A stretch of 63,242 nt of DNA, filler included, from Octopus bimaculoides (lineage: Eukaryota): NCBI RefSeq assembly GCF_001194135.2. It is 7 parts of 7 records of this genome, joined end to end, with 100 filler letters (N's around TTAATTAATTAA, not from the genome) between each part and the next. Parts side by side here need not be neighbours in the genome. Positions count along the whole stretch, not along the records: positions 1 to 7,874 come from NC_069009.1; positions 7,975 to 20,236 come from NC_068993.1; 5 more parts are not named here. One strand, given 5' to 3'. Below, piece after piece: positions 1-11,870 of the stretch (position 1 is the stretch's first letter; the number at the start of each line of letters is the position of its first letter). Under the pieces are notes generated by a model. It ran no database searches and had not been told where the DNA came from. It worked only from the letters and a program-made list of their open reading frames with translations. The translations under genes and the position numbers were made by a program.

Positions 1-39
<39 letters not shown>

Positions 40-42
<3 letters not shown>

Positions 43-230
43 CAAAGAATATGTATGCAAGTATACACACCTATATGTACATACTCACATCTACATGTGT
101 ATATAGATGCATATCAGGGTACAGGACGTTAGAAAAATTAACAATGGAACGAAAACATAGGAAAACAGATAGCCACTTGGAATTAATCCTTCGTCAGCTG
201 CCTCTATTCTAACTAGACGTTTCGGAGGGA
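40..230 (-). repeat. Dispersed ~200-bp PLE-like tail repeat (family X), copy 1
   Basis: Minus strand reads ...ggcagCTGACGAAgg...aacgtcctgtaccctgatatgcatctatatacacatgtagatg into (TA)n. It aligns by eye with 25180-25395, 58270-58500 and 63045-63225. Confidence 0.7.
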
Positions 231-1139
231 TATATTTATCCAAGTGGATACTCCATTAGCTCTCAGTTATGTTCCAGTTAACAGCTAACCAAAACGATCA
301 CAAGTATCTAACATCTGTAACTACTATAATATGCTGTAATAACTATAAAGTAAATTTTGTGGATGTACAAGTCTCCATACTCTTTATTATTATCAACTAG
401 TGGGACCTGTGAATATTTCAAGGAATTAAAGGTAAACCTATTAGGTTATTTCTGAAAATTTTATCCCAAAAAACGTGAAAGCATAGACTGTATTGTGTCT
501 GTAATGAAAGATAGTCACTCATCTGCTACTCACTGGAAAGTGAACGAAATTGGAATATGATGATTACTTAATGTACTTTATATATGCTCTTTATGTACTT
601 TACGCACAATTTTATAGACTTAATACACAGCACTCATAAATTAAATATTCACTCTCATTTTTTCCATTTTCCCCCATAAACAAGAAGAAAAATATTGCGA
701 TACATATGATACAACCTTCAATTAAATTGAGTATATTTACCACGTAAATAAGCATATTTCATGAAAAAATACACATTTCACAATCCAATCACCACCACCT
801 CCACCTCCATCATTACCACCACCATCATCATCTTTCTCTCTCCCTCTCTCTGTGCTTTTCTTTACCCTTACCATCAGAACATCACCCCTCTACTAAAATT
901 ATATTTTTAGCTCTCTTCTACATCACTACCTTCAACTGACTTTTTAACCATGTAATAAATATTACGTTCTCTCTACCTCATATCATGGACGCTTCTCTCT
1001 CCCTCTTTTTCTTTCTCCTTTTTTCGATAATCATGTGAAAGTGTTACCGATGAGCTAAGTAACAGAATAACAACCCATGCCAGAATGGAAAGCGGACGTT
1101 AAACGATGATGATGATAATGATATATATGTGTGTGTGTG

Positions 1140-1340
1140 TATCTCCTTGCCACCCCCTGACAACCAGTGTTGGTGTGTTTGCGTCCCCATAACTTAGTGA
1201 TTCAGCAAAAACAGACTGGTGGAATAAATACCAGGCTTAAAAAAGAAGTACTGGGGTCGATTTATTTGACTAAAACATTCAAGGCGGTACCCCCAGCATG
1301 GCCACAGTCTAATGGCTGATACAAGTAGAAAACAAAAGAT
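1140..1340 (+). mobile_element. SINE 3' portion (family C)
   Basis: Tail 'tactggggtcgatt...aaggcggtaccccagcatggccacagtc...acaagtagaa' is shared with 51640-51755 and 60095-60325. Confidence 0.7.
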
Positions 1341-2233
1341 ACAGCATAGGTTTGTCATCATTGTGGTACAGTCTGGTATGAAGTCAGATTGTGTTACTAT
1401 TTCTAGCAGGTCAGACAAGCAAAAAAAAAAAAAAAAGCCAAAATAACCAGCTCCCTCTTTGAGTTCATTGTGATAGCGTGCACGTACATACATGTATGTG
1501 TTGAGGGAGATGATATCGAACGCCTGCTCTTTTCATCTTGTTTTGAATAACAACGTTCTCCCTCTTTTCTGACTCAACATTGTGCCAAAGAAAAAACATA
1601 AAAAGGCTACAAACAATTGATTGCTGACGAACAAACTTTTCGCGGCCATCTTTTCTCTTCTCCGTTTCTGACTCAGCAAAGATGGCCGTCAGATCCAAAC
1701 AAAGACAAACCTCATGGCAGATATTTTTGCTTCGTTCAATGGAAAATCGAACTGATTTCTTTTTGTTTGTGATGTAGTTTTTTTTTTTCTCATGTATTTT
1801 TTAAAAAACTTTTTCTTGGTTCTATTTCTGATACATCATTTATTTTGGTTTTTCAGCTCTGTATAACATTTAAAAAAAATTTGTCCATCATCATCATCCA
1901 TATTATTATTATTATTATTATTATTATCAATCTTCTTCTTCTTATTATTATTATTATTATTATTTAATTTTGTTTGCTTGTTGTGTGTAACATATTCTTT
2001 GTTCTACATACTCCCCCACCCTTGCAAGAAGTATTTTAATTCTTCTTCTTCTTCTTCTTATTATTATTATTATTATCATTATTATTATTATTACTTAATT
2101 TTGCATGCTTGTTCTGCATAATAATATTTGTTCTACATTTTCCCTCATACAAGATCATCATCAGCAGCATCTATTTCGTCTTCTCATTGTTGTTGCTGTC
2201 GTCGTCATCATCATCATCATTATTATTATCATT

Positions 2234-2447
2234 AAGGCGGTGAGCTGGCAGAATCGTTAGCATGCTGGGCAAAAAGCTTAGGTGCATTTTGTTTGTCTTT
2301 ACGTTCTGAGTTCAAATTTCGCCAAGGTCGACTTTGCCTTTCATCCTTTCAGGGTCAATGAAATAAGTACCAGTTGCATACTGGGGTCAATATAATCGCC
2401 TTATCCCCTCACCTACAGTTCCAAGCATTGTGCCTATAGTGGAAAGG

Positions 2448-2450
<3 letters not shown>
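2234..2450 (+). mobile_element. tRNA-derived SINE (family A)
   Basis: Head aaggcggtgagctggcagaatcgttagc, B-box gagttcaaatt, core gtcgactttgcctttcatcctttc.gggtc.at.aaataagtacc (resembles the Meta-type SINE core), ends in (ATT)n. Confidence 0.85.
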
Positions 2451-2501
<51 letters not shown>

Positions 2502-2502
2502 G

Positions 2503-2714
2503 GGTTGACAGCCTGGCAGACTTGTTAGCACGCCATGCAAAATGCTTAGCAACGTTTCATCCGTCTTTACGTTCTGAGTTCAAATTTTGCCGAGGTCAAC
2601 TTAGCTTGTCTTCCTTTTGGGATCGATTGAATAATTACCAGTTTAACACTGGGGTCATTGTAGTCGACTTACTCTCTTCCCTGAAATTGCAGGCCTTGTT
2701 CCAAAATTTGAAAC

Positions 2715-2715
<1 letters not shown>
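2503..2715 (+). mobile_element. tRNA-derived SINE (family A)
   Basis: Same body as 2234-2450, flanked by (ATT)n. Confidence 0.8.
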
Positions 2716-2768
<53 letters not shown>

Positions 2769-2939
2769 CATCATCATCAATAATATTAATTCGCTAACTT
2801 TTTGTTTTTGTGCGTACCTGTTGAGTGCGTCACACTTCTTTGAAGTGGTAAATCGAGAGAGAGGAGGAGAGAGAAGAAGTAAAAGAGAAAGAGAGAGGGG
2901 GTGAGAGAGTGAGAGAGAAAGTTAGAGAGTGAGAGAGAA

Positions 2940-2979
<40 letters not shown>

Positions 2980-3094
2980 TGAACGAGACAGTGAGTGGTG
3001 ACGGCGTTCGTTTTGTGTTTTTAAATGTTTCAGAGAGCACGGGGTTGAGTGGGTCTTCATGGAAAATTCCAAGGACGGGGGTGAGTGGGACTTT

Positions 3095-3295
3095 CTGGAA
3101 ATTCGGGCAGAATAGTTAGCACGCTGTATTTCGTCTGTTACTGTATTCTGAGTTCAAATTCCACTGAGATTGGCTTTGCCTTTCATCCTTTCGGGGTCGA
3201 TCAAATAAGTACCAGTTATATACTGAAGTCACTGTAATCGACTTAATCTCTTCCTCCAAATTTCAGGCCTTGTGCTTATAGTAGAAAGGACTATT
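3095..3295 (+). mobile_element. tRNA-derived SINE (family A)
   Basis: Same body as 2234-2450. Confidence 0.8.
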
Positions 3296-3646
3296 ATTAT
3301 CATTAAGGCAGTGAGCTGGCAGAGTCGTAAGAATGCTGGATGAATGGCCTCAAGAACTGCTGGATGGATTCGGATCAATCTTTCAGGGATGTTTGGCCTC
3401 TTAACTGGCACAAACTGATTAGATTTTCTAATCGATCTGGTACCGGACAAGAAATGTGGATTATTTTTCCTGTTTTTTAATTTAATTTCTGAGAGCGGTC
3501 GGGTTCGGTTTTAGTATTCTCATTTCTGAGAGAAGTCGAGTTTGTTTCAGATATTCTCATTTTAAAAACCATCTCCGGCTAATCATTGAAAGGTCGATGG
3601 TGCTGCTTTGGCGGAGGTTTGCATTCTCTGAGTGCTCTTATTATTA

Positions 3647-3678
<32 letters not shown>

Positions 3679-4077
3679 GTAGCCAGATGTCATTATTGGT
3701 TATTTGGTACTTACTCAGCACAGTGCACATAGCTGAGTCACCCTCATTCTTTGACATCCTGTTCCATTTCAGTTGTTCTTCTTCTAAAGAATATACTAAA
3801 ACATGACCAATAATGTGTACTCAATAATATCAATTCTAATCAATCTAACTGTACCATTGATCTCGATCAAAAAGAAGGTTAGCAGATTCAGTAAATTTGT
3901 TTATCATTCAATTGTTTCCCTTATTAGACTGCGGCCATGTTGGGGCACCGCCTTAAAGAATACTTATTCTATTGTTTTTTCCTCAAACTGCTAAGTTATG
4001 GGGATGTAAACACAGTAACACCGTTTACCAAATGATTGTGGGAGAGGAGATCAGACACAGACACAAGTACACACAAA

Positions 4078-4116
<39 letters not shown>

Positions 4117-4119
4117 TAT

Positions 4120-4275
4120 GGGCTTCTTTCAATTTCCGTCTACCAAATCCATTCACGAAGCTTTAGTTGGCCGGAGTCTATACGAGAAGATACTTACCCA
4201 AGGTGCCATGCAGTGGGACTGAATCAGAAGCCATGTGGTTGAGAAACAAATTTCTCACCACCCACACTTGTGCCT
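4120..4275 (-). mobile_element. tRNA-derived SINE (family B)
   Basis: Reverse complement of the ...tggatttggtagacggaaactgaaagaagccc family also seen at 35425, 37245, 38995 and 60325. Confidence 0.8.
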
Positions 4276-4699
4276 ATATATAGGAATAGCTGTGTGGTAA
4301 GTAGCTTGCTTAACNNNNNNNNNNNNNNNNNNNNNNNNNNNNNNNNNNNNNNNNNNNNNNNNNNNNNNNNNNNNNNNNNNNNNNNNNNNNNNNNNNNNNN
4401 NNNNNNNNNNNNNNNNNNNNNNNNNNNNNNNNNNNNNNNNNNNNNNNNNNNNNNNNNNNNNNNNNNNNNNNNNNNNNNNNNNNNNNNNNNNNNNNNNNNN
4501 NNNNNNNNNNNNNNNNNNNNNNNNNNNNNNNNNNNNNNNNNNNNNNNNNNNNNNNNNNNNNNNNNNNNNNNNNNNNNNNNNNNNNNNNNNNNNNNNNNNN
4601 NNNNNNNNNNNNNNNNNNNNNNNNNNNNNNNNNNNNNNNNNNNNNNNNNNNNNNNNNNNNNNNNNNNNNNNNNNNNNNNNNNNNNNNNNNNNNNNNNNN

Positions 4700-4736
<37 letters not shown>

Positions 4737-4737
<1 letters not shown>

Positions 4738-5655
4738 TACACAGGGTGCGAAGGGTAAATTGTCACCATTTTATATTTTCAATTTCGCGCATGGTATTAT
4801 TTGCTTTTGATGTTGTCGACGACACAGTATAGTAGGATCAGATGGGCACCGTCTGTGAAAAAAACAGCACCATGGCACAATTCAGTCTGCCAGAAATTTC
4901 GAAACGACATGCTGTAGTGCTTGGCATTCGCGCCGGAAGTTCCAATACGAACATCTCATAGTGATTTGCTGTCAATCTAATGACAGTGCAGTGGATTCAG
5001 AAAGAGTTGGATGAGTCTAATGGTGAATACGAAGGTACAGTATCTCTGAAAGCCCACTCTTATCGTTCTGATCAGAAAAGAACTCCCGAATATGTGGGTG
5101 AGATCCAGGCCATGATTGACAACGATCACTCCAAGTTAAAAGGGTCCATCACCAGGGACATGGGAGTGTCTGAGTTTCATATCAGGCAGGTAGTGCATGA
5201 AGACATTCGGTATTCCTCATACAAGTTGAGAAAGGGCCAATTTTTATCCCAATCCATCAAGAACAAGAGGAAAGACCGTGCTACGAAGCTTTTGAACAAG
5301 CTCAAGCATCCCCTTAACCGAACTTGCTTTGTCTTTTCTCAGACGAGAAAAATTTCTGCCAGGGTCAGATGGTGAATACACAGAAGAACCAGTGGCTTTC
5401 CGTGTCCCCAAAACATGTACTGAGAGTGATAAAAGATCAAACATCCAGTCAACATCATGGTGTCTGGAGTGATCACAAGTGATGGCGACGTTATTCTTCC
5501 ATTCATCTTCCCGCATGACCTCACACTCAATACAGAGGCCTACATCAAGTGCCTGGAAGAGATAGTGTAGCCCTGGGTCAAGAAGGTGGCTGCTGGAAGA
5601 CCCTATGTCTGGCAACATGACTCTGCCCTATGCCATACAAGCAGGAGAAGCCAGT
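4737..5655 (+). mobile_element. Tc1/mariner DD37D (maT/Bmmar1-like) transposon, 3'-truncated and frameshifted
   Basis: Left end TA-cacagggtgcg. Joined frames give ...RKGQFLS...FSDEKNF...KHPVNIMVSGVITSDG...LNTEAYIKCLEEIV*PWVKKVAAGRPYVWQHDSALCH (first two catalytic Asp regions). Confidence 0.8.
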
Positions 5656-5656
5656 G

Positions 5657-5826
5657 CATTGATTTGCCTGGGGCCCTCTTAATTCTAGGGGCCCTCACAA
5701 TACTAGGGGCCCTCACAATACCAGGGGCCCGATTCTAATCTATGTATGCTGTGGCTTGCTATCAATAAATAAATATCTAAGGGTCTAGAACATTCATTTG
5801 CCTGGAGGCCTCATAGCGTTAATGCT
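5657..5826. repeat. Small GGGGCCC-rich element with internal ~18-nt tandem units (MITE-like)
   Basis: ctaggggccctcacaata is repeated, tttgcctgg occurs near both ends, and the ends read gcatt...aatgc. It begins where the DD37D element stops. Confidence 0.45.
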
Positions 5827-6196
5827 TTTCGTCGCACATTGTTGACTCCTTCATTGAGTTGCTCCGCTTTCATTCAATATACAATGCATGGTATTTTCCT
5901 TACGCTGATTTTTTTCTCCCAGGTCATAATAGGGGCTATTCCTCTACAATATCCAGTCTTTGTTGCAGTGTGGTGACTTGCATGTATCAATGACCCAGAC
6001 AGCTCCGCCGGTGGAGTGTAACCGCCTGCCGCTTATGCTATACAAGCCAGATGTGGACCAGACAAATATGGTTAATTCTTTTCTAGAGATTAAAGTGGGT
6101 TTGCATAAGGTCAACACCATTATCAAGAAGAAAGCGCCATCATGACCAAACCCTAGTGAGCGGATTTAGTAGACAGAAACTGAAAGAAGTCCATTG

Positions 6197-6257
<61 letters not shown>

Positions 6258-6507
6258 NNNNNNNNNNNNNNNNNNNNNNNNNNNNNNNNNNNNNNNNNNN
6301 NNNNNNNNNNNNNNNNNNNNNNNNNNNNNNNNNNNNNNNNNNNNNNNNNNNNNNNNNNNNNNNNNNNNNNNNNNNNNNNNNNNNNNNNNNNNNNNNNNNN
6401 NNNNNNNNNNNNNNNNNNNNNNNNNNNNNNNNNNNNNNNNNNNNNNNNNNNNNNNNNNNNNNNNNNNNNNNNNNNNNNNNNNNNNNNNNNNNNNNNNNNN
6501 NNNNNNN

Positions 6508-6550
<43 letters not shown>

Positions 6551-6716
6551 TTGTGTTTGTGTGTGTGTGCGCCTCTCTCTCTCTCTTTCTCTCTCTCTAT
6601 CTCTCTCTTTCTATTTACATGTCTGCTTAACTATTGACTGCCTGTCTTTCTGTCTCCCTCAATCTGTCTGTCTGTCTGTTTGTCTCTCTCTCTCTTTCTC
6701 TGCCTATCGGTCTATC

Positions 6717-6748
<32 letters not shown>

Positions 6749-6859
6749 TCTATATATCTATCTATATATCTACCTGTCTGTCTGTCTGTCTGTATGACTC
6801 GTGTCAGGCAGGGTCGTCACTACCTGAAGTAGTGAAGAAAATCGCTACCCACTACCTTC

Positions 6860-7300
6860 GATTCAAATTACGTTCGAACCATGCAAGATTGGAAAAGTCT
6901 GGTTCTGGAGAAATATTAACATGATTGAAGCAGAAGAGTGCTGCCAACAGAAAGGGAATCCAGCTATAGAAAAATCTGCCTCACCATATTCCGTCCAGCC
7001 CATGCAAGTATGGAAAAGTCGCCATTAGACGGCGATGATGGAAGAGAAACGAAATACAATCGCTACATCAGGAAGGGCATCTGGCTGCAGAAAATCTCCC
7101 TTAACAAATTCCATCTGACCCATGCAATTATAGAACAGTCTAGTTCTGGAGAAATATTAACTTGATTGAAACAGGTGAGGGTTGGCTACAGCAAAGGCGT
7201 CTGGCTATAGAAATTCTGCCTCAATAAATTCTGTCCGATGCTTGAAAAGCATGGAAAAGTCAACATAAGACGATGACGATGAGAAAAAACTGAAATACAA
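6860..7300 (+). repeat. Tandem ~245-bp duplication built from SINE 3' tails
   Basis: 'ccatgcaa...aagtct.gttctggagaaatattaac.tgattgaa.cag' occurs at ~6878 and ~7121. Each is followed by a 'ctggcta.agaaa.tctgcctca...catggaaaagtc...gacg..gatga' tail. Confidence 0.7.
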
Positions 7301-7571
7301 GCTTTGCATATTTTTCTCATGGCAGAACGACCTTCTTACATAAACGGACATAAACAAAGCAAGAAGAAAAAACAGAAACACAACGGATTAGAAAAAAGTA
7401 TACGATATAGAAAAAATAAAAACCGCCATTATGAAGACAAATATATTTTTCCCGTGACATTAACCTGTAACGAACCATGGTCTATAATTATAACGATGTA
7501 GTGAGGTATGATCATGGCATAAACTACCTAGTCAATATAACCTGTAACGATATGAAAGGCAAACACAAACA

Positions 7572-7622
<51 letters not shown>

Positions 7623-7688
7623 GGGTTTTGTTAGAAATATCTGTATCTATTTTGTCTGTGCGTCTAATTCTGTGCAAGTAAGTCACGA

Positions 7689-7730
<42 letters not shown>

Positions 7731-7836
7731 CTGTAAATAAATCTTTCTGTATTACAATAGGATCAACTGTGTATTTATATATGTATCAAAGAACACAAAG
7801 GGATATAATATATGTATGCATGCATAGATATATATA

Positions 7837-7874
<38 letters not shown>

Positions 7875-7918
7875 NNNNNNNNNNNNNNNNNNNNNNNNNN
7901 NNNNNNNNNNNNNNNNNN

Positions 7919-7930
7919 TTAATTAATTAA
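7919..7930. other. Assembly spacer TTAATTAATTAA inside a 100-bp gap (also 20281-20292, 29130-29141, 39462-39473, 48199-48210, 54661-54672)
   Basis: Identical 12-mer flanked by N runs six times (44 N on each side where counted). It places a TAA stop in all six frames. Confidence 0.95.
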
Positions 7931-7974
7931 NNNNNNNNNNNNNNNNNNNNNNNNNNNNNNNNNNNNNNNNNNNN

Positions 7975-8322
7975 CTGGGACAGCTAAAGTGTTGATACCC
8001 ATTATCTTGTTTTTAGCATTGAGCTCTGTTTTTAGTATTGATCTAACTCGTCTATAGTACTCTTTCTTTATTTTTTCTTTCATTTGTGTATGTTGTATCC
8101 TATCTAGTTTATTGACTCCTAAATACTTATATGGTTGGCTTTCGTCTAGTTCTCTTATTTCATTGGCTTTATCTAGTGTTATATTGCTACTTTTAACTAA
8201 TTTTCCTCTTTTCAGGGTTGCTTTGGCACATTTATCTAATCCGAATTTCATATCTATTTCCTTGGTAAAGCCGTGTAATGTCTGTAGTAGTGTTTCTAGC
8301 TCTTTGTCGTTTTTTTTGCATG
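7975..8322 (-). mobile_element. Dong/R4-clade non-LTR retrotransposon RT fragment
   Basis: MKFGLDKCAKATLKRGK...YKYLG...KKEYYRRVRSILKTELNAKNKIMGINTLAVP is the typical R4/Dong RT C-terminal region. The 3' side runs into a gap. Confidence 0.85.
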
Positions 8323-8358
8323 TTATTATTATCATTATCATTATGATTATTATTGTTA

Positions 8359-8431
<73 letters not shown>

Positions 8432-8440
8432 TAATAATAT

Positions 8441-8645
8441 AAAGGCAGCGAGCTGGTAGAATCGTTAGCACATTGGAGAAAAAGCTTAGAGGCATTTCTT
8501 CCGTTGTCCTTAGTTCAAATTATTTCGAGGTCAACTCTGCTTTTCTGCCGTTTGGGATCAATTAAATAAGTACCACTCAAGTACTGAATTCGGGGTGATC
8601 GACTAGCCTCCTCTCTCAAAGTTGCTGGCCATGTACCATCAACAA
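8441..8645 (+). mobile_element. tRNA-derived SINE (family A)
   Basis: aaggcagcgagctggtagaatcgttagc head and the family A core. Confidence 0.75.
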
Positions 8646-9725
8646 AATATATTTTCATTGTTGCTGTTATTGATGTATTGTTGCTGGTGTTTTTCTACTA
8701 ATTTTCTCCCTCTTGTTGTTTATGAAAATTTGCAATAACATCTATTTAGAGAAAAATATTTGTGAATCATTATGTAGACCATCATAATCTATTTTTTGCT
8801 GGACAATGTCCTTTATAAACTGATGACTTACATTTACGCTGATTTTACATTGATGTGATGGTGGGTCCCCTGTCATAAATACCATCGTTTCCAATGGAAC
8901 ATATTTCTACTTTGTGTGTAAGTTTACAAGTCGTTATAATAGTGATGGAATATTATGTACATTATGTTAACTTGAAAATGACAACACCATAAACAGTCCC
9001 CCTTGTCTCCACTGTTTGATGGTATCTTTATAGACTATCCAACACTTAACAGACTAGCAAACATCACAATCTCATTTAAGAGCATCTATTATTGTATGCA
9101 TTCCCACACACTCACACGCACAGGTGTGTGTGTGTGTGTATGTGCATGTGAGTAGCAGCGTTTTTTGTTCTCTCTCTATCTCTCGCTGCTCGTCCTTCGC
9201 CTCTCACTTCTACTACTTCTATCTCTCTCCCTCTCTACCTCTCGTTGCTCATTTTCGTTCTTGGACTCCTGAAGCCCGCACGTACTTCTTTGCTCCTCCT
9301 GTTCGTGCCTCACAGCGTTCAATACATACACNNNNNNNNNNNNNNNNNNNNNNNNNNNNNNNNNNNNNNNNNNNNNNNNNNNNNNNNNNNNNNNNNNNNN
9401 NNNNNNNNNNNNNNNNNNNNNNNNNNNNNNNNNNNNNNNNNNNNNNNNNNNNNNNNNNNNNNNNNNNNNNNNNNNNNNNNNNNNNNNNNNNNNNNNNNNN
9501 NNNNNNNNNNNNNNNNNNNNNNNNNNNNNNNNNNNNNNNNNNNNNNNNNNNNNNNNNNNNNNNNNNNNNNNNNNNNNNNNNNNNNNNNNNNNNNNNNNNN
9601 NNNNNNNNNNNNNNNNNNNNNNNNNNNNNNNNNNNNNNNNNNNNNNNNNNNNNNNNNNNNNNNNNNNNNNNNNNNNNNNNNNNNNNNNNNNNNNNNNNNN
9701 NNNNNNNNNNNNNNNNNNNNNNNNN

Positions 9726-9773
<48 letters not shown>

Positions 9774-10697
9774 GAAGGATGGCACCATGTATATGTACGA
9801 CATTCTACAATGTGTATATATATGTATGTGCATGTTTGTTGTATGCACGTATTCTATCAGTTTACAAGCATGATGTGTGTTTCACTTTCCAAGAGAAGAT
9901 GTGTCTATTCCTCCCAATCGTTCACAATTTATGTTTCAATAATTACGTCTCTGATATTTTTTGTTTCGTTTCCTCCAGTTTTCCTATCTTTTACTCGAAA
10001 CATCAGACTTGTTTAATCATGCCTTTTACGTTCTTTTAGTGGAAAGCTACGATACTTCTTTCCCAATTATTTTCCTATCACATTCTTTGCTCTGAACACT
10101 GCCACATGTATTCCAATGAAGATTTCATTTTATAATCGTCAAACGATAACCGGTTCTCATTCGTAGACCAAGCATACGCCTCATTACTAGAAGATGTTTG
10201 TATTTCAAAAATGAAAGGAAATCAAATAACTACCACAATAATGTGTTTGGTTGTGCTTTCATCAAAACAAAGGAATAAATCCAGTAAGTGGGTACTAAGA
10301 TATGCCATTTAGCAAAACAATAGATGGAATTTCGTGAAATAATCTTTGTAAATAACCGTGTGTAAATGCACTCACATATATATATTCTAATATATACGGT
10401 TATGATACATACATACATACATAAATATATATATATATACATATATATANNNNNNNNNNNNNNNNNNNNNNNNNNNNNNNNNNNNNNNNNNNNNNNNNNN
10501 NNNNNNNNNNNNNNNNNNNNNNNNNNNNNNNNNNNNNNNNNNNNNNNNNNNNNNNNNNNNNNNNNNNNNNNNNNNNNNNNNNNNNNNNNNNNNNNNNNNN
10601 NNNNNNNNNNNNNNNNNNNNNNNNNNNNNNNNNNNNNNNNNNNNNNNNNNNNNNNNNNNNNNNNNNNNNNNNNNNNNNNNNNNNNNNNNNNNNNNNN

Positions 10698-10730
<33 letters not shown>

Positions 10731-11399
10731 TAAGGAAAAAATTAATAATTAATTAATAATTAGTAATTTTACCAAGTAGTTCGGTGTGTTAAAAAATCAT
10801 TATCGGTAAATATAAACAAGATTAAAAATGTAGGGTTCAGCAAGTATTGCTTCACCACACACCGAAAATTAGAAATAGCAGCCAAAACTACTATTTCTCC
10901 ACCAAACATATGTGTCGTAGGTTTGGTAGAGAAATAATTTTTAATTTTGTATATATATATATATATATAAACCAAAGCTATATAAAAAGTATACTGAATA
11001 TATGTGTGCGTATCTCTTTTGTTAAGTGAGATACATATGTCTACATATTTTCCATTAGCTTTACTAATTAAAATCATTCAGCAATCGATAATGTTTTACT
11101 TGAAAAATTTTAAATGCAGTCAACTGCGGAATATTTTAAATCACTTTTTGGTGGCAGAATTTTGAATGCATTTAAAACATGTATAAAAATTATTTTATAC
11201 TACGTTAATTCATATTATAATTAAAAAATTAATTTATGATACGCTCATTTATATTCTAATTCAATCTCACATTAAAAATACACTTCCATACACTTCTCAT
11301 TCTGCTGATAGTATAATGTTTAAAACATTCATACATTTTATTACGATCTAAACTCTTACCCGCTCTATGTTAGCCCGCATGGATAATAAAAAATCAGAT

Positions 11400-11870
11400 C
11401 TAAACTCTTACCAGCATATGCATTCTATTCACAAACTCGTCCAGAATTTTAAAATTCTCATCTTTTCTACTCTGACCAATATTACCATGTGAATGTAGAG
11501 AACCTCGTAATCTTTCTTTCAGAACCATTCACAATTTCACCTTGATATGATTTCTCGTATCAATTACTCTTCCAATAAATTCTATGTCACTAAAGAATAG
11601 ATTTGCGGATCACAGTGAATGTTTTATCTGCATAGAGGGTTCCACAAATCTTAGTGGCATAATGAACCATCGGAGTGTGTTGCTACATCATGGACTTGTT
11701 CGGTAATAATTGTTTAAATACACTCAATAATAAAAATGGACTTTTGTTAAATTTTTGAATAACTTCAACTGAGAATCTTTATCAGGTTCCCATCTGGTTT
11801 CAAAATATTTTGAGAGCGCAATAAATGCCCACATTACCAATGTATAGAATTTTATTTTCTACCATTCCTC
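11400..11870 (-). mobile_element. Highly decayed DNA transposase fragment, possibly Merlin/IS1016-like
   Basis: Minus-frame peptide VEVIQKFNKSPFLLLSVFKQLLPNKSMM...TFTVIRKS loosely resembles the Merlin DDE region (V.RR..TL..II......GS.I.SD....FTV.H). It has many stops. Confidence 0.3.

Noticed and set aside
170-250. Permuted hammerhead (tccGAAACGUC...CUGACGAAgga) in family X copy 1
   Set aside because: Stem I cannot form, and the upstream GAAAC is not conserved in the other three copies.
4224-4769. Long ORFs full of X, here and at every gap
   Set aside because: Produced by translation through N runs and adjacent microsatellites.
5921-6145. Exon-like stretch after tttttctcccag
   Set aside because: All three frames stop within ~25 codons of the acceptor, and it is more likely a decayed LINE 3' piece on the minus strand.
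7919-7930. Recurring palindrome TTAATTAATTAA (six copies)
   Set aside because: Always centred in a fixed-size N gap and encodes stops in all six frames, so it is an assembly spacer and not biology.
9947-10008. gtct-CUGAUAU...GAAACAUC-agac hammerhead-like remnant
   Set aside because: Two core positions are altered and there is no stem II, so at best it is a dead relic.
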